Under the pieces are notes generated by a model. That model ran no database searches. It was given only the letters and a program-made list of their open reading frames with translations, and was not told the origin of the DNA. DNA of 58,590 nucleotides. It comes from an uncultured Candidatus Saccharibacteria bacterium (GTDB taxonomy: Bacteria; Patescibacteriota; Minisyncoccia; Phycocordibacterales; PALSA-1337). Positions 54,358 through 58,590 of the stretch are shown piece after piece. Made by a program: the position numbers and the translations under genes. The DNA lies in contig CAZVQB010000003.1 of NCBI GenBank assembly GCA_964629235.1, positions 1-58,590 of the forward strand. The letters run 5' to 3'. The stretch's first letter is position 1. Each line of letters starts with the position of its first letter.

Positions 54358-54537
54358 ATGAATTTAATATGTATGATGTGTGGTCGTGCTATTACCACAA
54401 GCAAATCGTCGGGAAAATTGTGCTTTACGTGCAATCTATCTTCTTTGCCTAATGATCAAGATGAAGATCAAAGAGAAGATACAACGCCAACGACCGTGCC
54501 GCTTTATCCAGCGAAAAAGGCACTCATGGATGGATAA
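54358..54537 (+). CDS. 59-aa zinc-ribbon-like protein with acidic/Thr-Pro tail (absent from ORF track)
   Basis: MNLICMMCGRAITTSKSSGKLCFTCN.. (CxxC-13-CxxC). GGAGG lies upstream and a terminator hairpin follows immediately. Confidence 0.5.
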   Translation: MNLICMMCGRAITTSKSSGKLCFTCNLSSLPNDQDEDQREDTTPTTVPLYPAKKALMDG

Positions 54538-54541
54538 TTGC

Positions 54542-54580
54542 AAGCCTGCAGTATATTTTATACTAGCAGGCTTTGTTTAT
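54542..54580 (+). terminator. rho-independent terminator
   Basis: AAGCCTGC(AGTA)...(TACT)aGCAGGCTT long hairpin followed by TGTTTAT. Confidence 0.6.
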
Positions 54581-54624
54581 GTATTGTAAAATTGTGATTT
54601 TTAGGTTAATCTAGTGTTAAATAT

Positions 54625-54696
54625 GGCCCTATCGTCTATCGGCTAGGACACATCCTTCTCAAGGATGGAAGCAGAGTTCGATTCTCTGTAGGGTCA
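54625..54696 (+). tRNA. tRNA-Glu (anticodon CUC)
   Basis: Hand-folded cloverleaf. Acceptor GGCCCTA/TAGGGTC (one G-U); U8; D stem GTCT/GGAC. Anticodon stem CATCC/GGATG with loop TTCTCAA. Variable loop GAAG; T arm CAGAG-TTCGATT-CTCTG; discriminator A. CCA is not exactly encoded (ACCCA). Confidence 0.85.
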
Positions 54697-56357
54697 CCCA
54701 CAACAAGAAGTCGCGTTTCAAAGGGTATGAATCCCTTTTTAACTTTGAATTGCAAAGTATTTTCGGAAAGATAAAGTTCTGAAAAAATTACGCGCATAAT
54801 TTCTTCTTTTTCCTGCGAATTGGCAAAAGACCAATATCCTGCACCATCTTTTATCAGTTCTGAAAGTTTTAGTATGTCTTTGATAACTTCATGCATTGCT
54901 TCGTCTGAAGCCTGTTCTTCTCCCTGCAAAGCCTTCAGCTCATCATTGAGTTTATTCTCCTCTGCAAGGTAGCTTTCGGCCGAATAGGTACCGGCAATAA
55001 GAAGATCGAGCTTGTTAGTGTGTAAATACTTGAGCTGCTCTCGAATCTTCTTCTTTTGTCGTTCATTGACCTCCAATCCTGCATGCCTCTTTTCCTCAAA
55101 GAGGGCTATACCGGTTTTCGTTCTTGCGTCAATCTCAATTAATTCCTTTTCATTAAAGTGTAAACCTGTCAGGAGTTCACCTACTTTCTCTTCAATAAAT
55201 TTGAGATTAAAGTTTTTCTTTGGATTCTTGCAGTCAGCTGGGCATCGGGCATTAAAATACTGAATACCTTTCTTCATGTAGGGCGTATATGTTCGATTAC
55301 AAAGCGTGCAGCGAAATATTCCTCGATGATACAGGTCAAGTTTATCGGTATAGTGGAGGCTAGTCTTTCTCTTATTCAATAACTGCTGTACATCATCAAA
55401 CAATTTAAAAGTAACAAGCGGTTGATGACTGATGCTTGGAATAAATTGGCGGTTGTTACCGAGGACTAAACCTTTATAGAAAGGATTTGTAAGAATCTTA
55501 TGAATCATATTTGCTGTTATTGGCCGAGACACTTGTTCGATTTGCACTTCCTCGTCTTCTTCAGCTAGCATTTCTTCCTCTGTTCTGCGACGACGCATAG
55601 GTATTGTCGTCAAACCTTCTTTCTTGGCATAGCGTGCCAAATCTTCCAGGCTCCAATCTCCTGACGCATAGAGTTCAAATATTCTTTTTATAATCGGTGC
55701 TCGGACAGGATCAAATGGCTTTTCCTCCATTTTGCCGAGGTTTAAGTAGCCGATAGGAGCTCGGTATGTGCAGATGCCGCGTTCTCGCAGGTTCCATGTA
55801 GTAGTTTTCACTTTCTCGCTTGTCACTCGTGAGTGGTGCTCAGCAAACATACCGTCGATATCCATATGTAAGGCTCCGGAGCTGGTCTTCTCGTACTTAG
55901 CAAAGACAAATCTCACATCAATGCCTTTCTTCATGAGCTTACGAATCACTGTATCATCCGCCTTATTTCTACTCACACGGTCCCAGCAGAGGACCACAAT
56001 ACCTTTGAATAGTCCGAGACTTAGAAATTGGATGAGTCTCTGGAATTTTGGTCGGTCAATTCTGAATTGGACCATACCATCTTCACTCACGATGATCTCG
56101 TTATCTTCCTTAAAGCCGGAGTGCTTTTCTGAAATGATTCCATCTACACAAAAACTTTTAAGAGTGATAGGTGCAATACGCAACTTTTCTTTGGAGGCAA
56201 ATTTAGTATTCTCCGCTTTCTGATATTTGATTGAGTTCTTTTGATTATCTGGCTCGTCGGTGCTCTTACGGTTATAAATGAGATAGAAGTCACGGTACAT
56301 GCCGCTCTGGATCATTTTCAAAAGTTGTTTTTCTGTCTTTTCTAGTTTCATATACAT
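54636..56357 (-). CDS. large serine recombinase (resolvase + recombinase + zinc-ribbon + coiled-coil domains)
   Basis: Catalytic region LIYNRKSTDE, WDRVSRN, recombinase domain YRAPIGY, FRCTLCNRTY..ARCPADC zinc ribbon. The last 20 codons plus the stop codon are antisense to tRNA-Glu. Confidence 0.9.
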   Translation of the reverse strand: MYMKLEKTEKQLLKMIQSGMYRDFYLIYNRKSTDEPDNQKNSIKYQKAENTKFASKEKLRIAPITLKSFCVDGIISEKHSGFKEDNEIIVSEDGMVQFRIDRPKFQRLIQFLSLGLFKGIVVLCWDRVSRNKADDTVIRKLMKKGIDVRFVFAKYEKTSSGALHMDIDGMFAEHHSRVTSEKVKTTTWNLRERGICTYRAPIGYLNLGKMEEKPFDPVRAPIIKRIFELYASGDWSLEDLARYAKKEGLTTIPMRRRRTEEEMLAEEDEEVQIEQVSRPITANMIHKILTNPFYKGLVLGNNRQFIPSISHQPLVTFKLFDDVQQLLNKRKTSLHYTDKLDLYHRGIFRCTLCNRTYTPYMKKGIQYFNARCPADCKNPKKNFNLKFIEEKVGELLTGLHFNEKELIEIDARTKTGIALFEEKRHAGLEVNERQKKKIREQLKYLHTNKLDLLIAGTYSAESYLAEENKLNDELKALQGEEQASDEAMHEVIKDILKLSELIKDGAGYWSFANSQEKEEIMRVIFSELYLSENTLQFKVKKGFIPFETRLLVVGDPTENRTLLPSLRRMCPSR

Positions 56358-56593
56358 TAAAATTTGGCAGTTGGGAGTTTTTCAACTTTGCCATTGACCA
56401 AGGTGTAGCCTTCAGCGTGCATGCGAGTGCGGATACGGCGATAGATATCACCGAGCTCTGAGAGTGCGACAATTGTTTCTTCCGGCAGCTGCCATTCAGA
56501 AGGGTCCAAAGATACCTCTTTATTTTCAGTATCTTTTCCTGGCTCTATAGTATCAGTTTTTGGAGTTATATCCATAGCCATGTTGGTAATCAT
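56357..56593 (-). CDS. hypothetical 78-aa protein of the integrated element
   Basis: The ORF overlaps both neighbours (TAATG and ATGA junctions), implying translational coupling. Confidence 0.5.
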   Translation of the reverse strand: MITNMAMDITPKTDTIEPGKDTENKEVSLDPSEWQLPEETIVALSELGDIYRRIRTRMHAEGYTLVNGKVEKLPTAKF

Positions 56594-57240
56594 TTGAATT
56601 CGTCATACTCTCCGGATGCATCCATGATCTCGTGATAGGCATTGAGCTTATCTCTAAGGTTTATGAGCTTTCTGTATTTCTTTGTGTATTGACCACGCCA
56701 GGTCATGCGCTTGGTCTTCTTCTCTAACTCCTCAAATTTGGTAGCTATCTTTACTGCTTTGAAAATCATGCCGAACTTATTGCTCCTACTTTCATTTCTT
56801 GATTTGTAGGTAAGCTCGTAGCAATGTCGACAGGCAAAGTAGTCTCCGGCTTTGTATATGACCCCTACACGCCTTCCACAACGTTCACCATTCGTATAAA
56901 CAGAGCATTGGAACCAGAACCTTGTACTACCGAAGTGGCAGTCGGTCTGGATAAGTGGAATGACATACTTAATCTCTTTCTTGGCTTCGGGATCATCGGC
57001 ATCTATGGTGTAGGAAAGTGCCAGGCGTGGCATGTCAGGGGTAAGCCATAGCTTGTAGCTGATGCTTCCACTGGACCCATTCTCACCCCAGAAGATTTCA
57101 CCTTCCTTGATGAGGCGATTCTTCATATCCTTGAGGAGCCACCATATTTGAATTTTCTTGAGATAATCTGCTTCAGTTTTACTCATGGTAGAAAAATTTA
57201 CCGAAATCAATTGAGATTCAGTGTATGTACGGTGTATCAA
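56590..57240 (-). CDS. hypothetical zinc-ribbon protein of the integrated element
   Basis: 216 aa with CHFGSTRFWFQC...CGRRVGVIYKAGDYFACRHCYELTYKS Cys4-type motif. Confidence 0.6.
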   Translation of the reverse strand: MIHRTYTESQLISVNFSTMSKTEADYLKKIQIWWLLKDMKNRLIKEGEIFWGENGSSGSISYKLWLTPDMPRLALSYTIDADDPEAKKEIKYVIPLIQTDCHFGSTRFWFQCSVYTNGERCGRRVGVIYKAGDYFACRHCYELTYKSRNESRSNKFGMIFKAVKIATKFEELEKKTKRMTWRGQYTKKYRKLINLRDKLNAYHEIMDASGEYDEFK

Positions 57241-58589
57241 AAGTTAACTTGATTCACGTCTATACCCTCTGCAACGTTCACATCGTTCACACCTTCACAT
57301 GATAGATCGGCCTCAGTGATGCCATATCTGTCTTTCCAGAAGGTCAATTTGTCCTTGTTTTTGGAAATAGAAAGAGTGTACCCTCGACGGTTCTTGTAGG
57401 TCTTGAGCTGTAGTCGGGCACGGAGAATCCATCCGATCTTTCGGGTATGTAGCGGTTCATCCATCAAATCAATTTCTTTATTCACTTCTTCGGTTATCTC
57501 TTTTACGGTGAGGGTATCGATCTTCCTTTCCCGTTCGAGTTTTAGGATTGAGTAGACTACATCCGATTCTCGGTCCAGACCTCGTTCAGCAATAAGTTCC
57601 TGGTTATATTTCTGAACGAACTCCTTGAGAGATGTCTTCATCTCCTCTGAATCAATGATGGTAAGAAGAGGGATGATAATTTGATGTAGTCTCGGGTGAA
57701 TTCCTTCCATAGGAGCATCGTCAAACTTCAATTCCTTGTGGAAGTTTCTGAACCGCCACATGAGAAGTTTGTTACGGATGTTCCGACTCTCATTGTAAAA
57801 TTCGTCACTCAACCTTCGTGGGATGTCAGTGCGCAATGTGCCGTTTCCCATCACCTCGACAAGGAATCTACTCTCAAGTGCTTTGTCTTTAAAAGTCTCA
57901 CGGGTGGCAATAACTTTTGGAGAAAATACATCATAGGCTTTAACTTCAAAGACACCTTTACCTTCGGACCGCAGCACTGATATGCCTTGCTGGTATCCGG
58001 TGTTCAGTATCTTCACAATGTCATCGCTCATTTCAGATGACTTGAAATCTGCCTCATCGAGGACCAATGTACCTTTAAGGTCATTCAATATTCTGAAAAT
58101 TGGAGAAGGTGTTGTGGCTCCACCAGTAAAGATCGGGCGGTAACAGACGGACCCGATAACTTGGAGAAATCTCGTCTTGCCACTTCCAAAATCTCCTATA
58201 GCTCGGAGATACGGCACTTCATGGAAACGATCATAGAGCCAGGTAAACATCGCATAGTATGCGGCGATGCGTTCAAACATCGGAGTGATATCAAGATATT
58301 TATGTATGAAATCCTGAATCTCTTTGATAAGCTCGGCTTCGGTTCCATATTCAACTGCACATGAAGGGAGTAGGACCACCTTTTTGTCTACAAGATCATT
58401 TTTTGGATCGAGTGGATACACATCTCCGTAGGGAGTACCGATGATTTCAGTGTATGCGACCTTATCTTCGACGAATGTGGCAAACCCTGTTTTCTTATGG
58501 ACCGGATCGTATATAGTTTCTCCAATTTTATCTCCCACAATGACTGATGCTTTTCTTATTCTCTTGGTTGTATTGTTATTTTCATTCAT
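57237..58589 (-). CDS. P-loop NTPase with C-terminal winged-helix-like region (replication/mobilisation candidate)
   Basis: Walker A GDFGSGKT, Walker B LVLDEAD, 450 aa. The start ATG lies 1 nt from the window edge. Confidence 0.7.
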   Translation of the reverse strand: MNENNNTTKRIRKASVIVGDKIGETIYDPVHKKTGFATFVEDKVAYTEIIGTPYGDVYPLDPKNDLVDKKVVLLPSCAVEYGTEAELIKEIQDFIHKYLDITPMFERIAAYYAMFTWLYDRFHEVPYLRAIGDFGSGKTRFLQVIGSVCYRPIFTGGATTPSPIFRILNDLKGTLVLDEADFKSSEMSDDIVKILNTGYQQGISVLRSEGKGVFEVKAYDVFSPKVIATRETFKDKALESRFLVEVMGNGTLRTDIPRRLSDEFYNESRNIRNKLLMWRFRNFHKELKFDDAPMEGIHPRLHQIIIPLLTIIDSEEMKTSLKEFVQKYNQELIAERGLDRESDVVYSILKLERERKIDTLTVKEITEEVNKEIDLMDEPLHTRKIGWILRARLQLKTYKNRRGYTLSISKNKDKLTFWKDRYGITEADLSCEGVNDVNVAEGIDVNQVNF

Positions 58590-58590
58590 A

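Larger units (their letters stand above)
54697..58590. mobile_element. integrated genetic element abutting the 3' end of tRNA-Glu; right boundary beyond the window
   Basis: The serine recombinase gene is adjacent to and overlaps the tRNA 3' half. It belongs to a four-gene overlapping minus-strand operon, with GC above the local background (hand counts of single 60-nt lines: 24/60 and 26/60 versus 17/60 in mreD). Confidence 0.6.

Noticed and set aside
54380-54589. 69-aa track ORF in the murF-tRNA spacer.
   Set aside because: It has a GTG start, an Arg/Lys-rich unstructured sequence, and runs through the terminator hairpin. The overlapping +1-frame 59-aa zinc-ribbon ORF with an SD fits better.
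1-58590. Alternative genetic code (UGA as Gly, as in Gracilibacteria/SR1), given the CPR-like content.
   Set aside because: All housekeeping genes are full length under the standard code. TGA also terminates well-defined ORFs, for example the solute-binding protein at 8432-8434.

Overview
AT-rich, very gene-dense 58.6 kb chromosomal fragment that reads cleanly with the standard bacterial code. The gene content points, by inference only, to a reduced-genome Patescibacteria/CPR (Parcubacteria-like) bacterium: minimalised housekeeping proteins, arrays of VirB2-like small membrane proteins, a compact type IV pilus cluster, GH57 and cupin-PGI glycogen genes, and almost no Shine-Dalgarno sequences. 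Left to right: pth (cut by the window edge), S1, methyltransferases, gyrA. Next is an operon of methyltransferase + orphan solute-binding protein + six tandem VirB2/TrbC-like proteins, then a GC-richer three-gene membrane module with two near-identical promoters. Then valS, a GC-richer adenylate-kinase-like gene, and a type IV pilus cluster (pilB, pilC, four pilin-like genes). The pilin-like genes include an LVIVD beta-propeller fusion and a 55-aa gene missing from the ORF track. Then a DD-carboxypeptidase, an alpha-glucan/glycogen cluster, a sensor kinase split from its 7TM part by one in-frame TAA, hpf, and fmt-def-priA (helicase motifs degenerate). Then an HTH-MurA fusion, mreB, an ABC exporter, and two promoter-to-terminator structured RNA candidates flanking a holB-like gene. 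Then frr, rseP, proS, mreBCD-PBP2, greA, lysS with a PTH2/DUF2000-like C-terminal domain, an orphan MazF-like toxin, and mraZ-rsmH-ftsL-ftsI-murF. The window ends with tRNA-Glu(CUC) abutted by an integrated element: a large serine recombinase whose 3' end is antisense to the tRNA, plus three translationally coupled genes, running off the window. A genome-style signal also stands out: at least seven genes carry TGnTATAAT-like -10 boxes exactly 6 nt before the ATG, suggesting leaderless mRNAs. No CRISPR array, rRNA or reverse transcriptase was seen. All homology calls are from motif recognition by eye; nothing was searched against a database.
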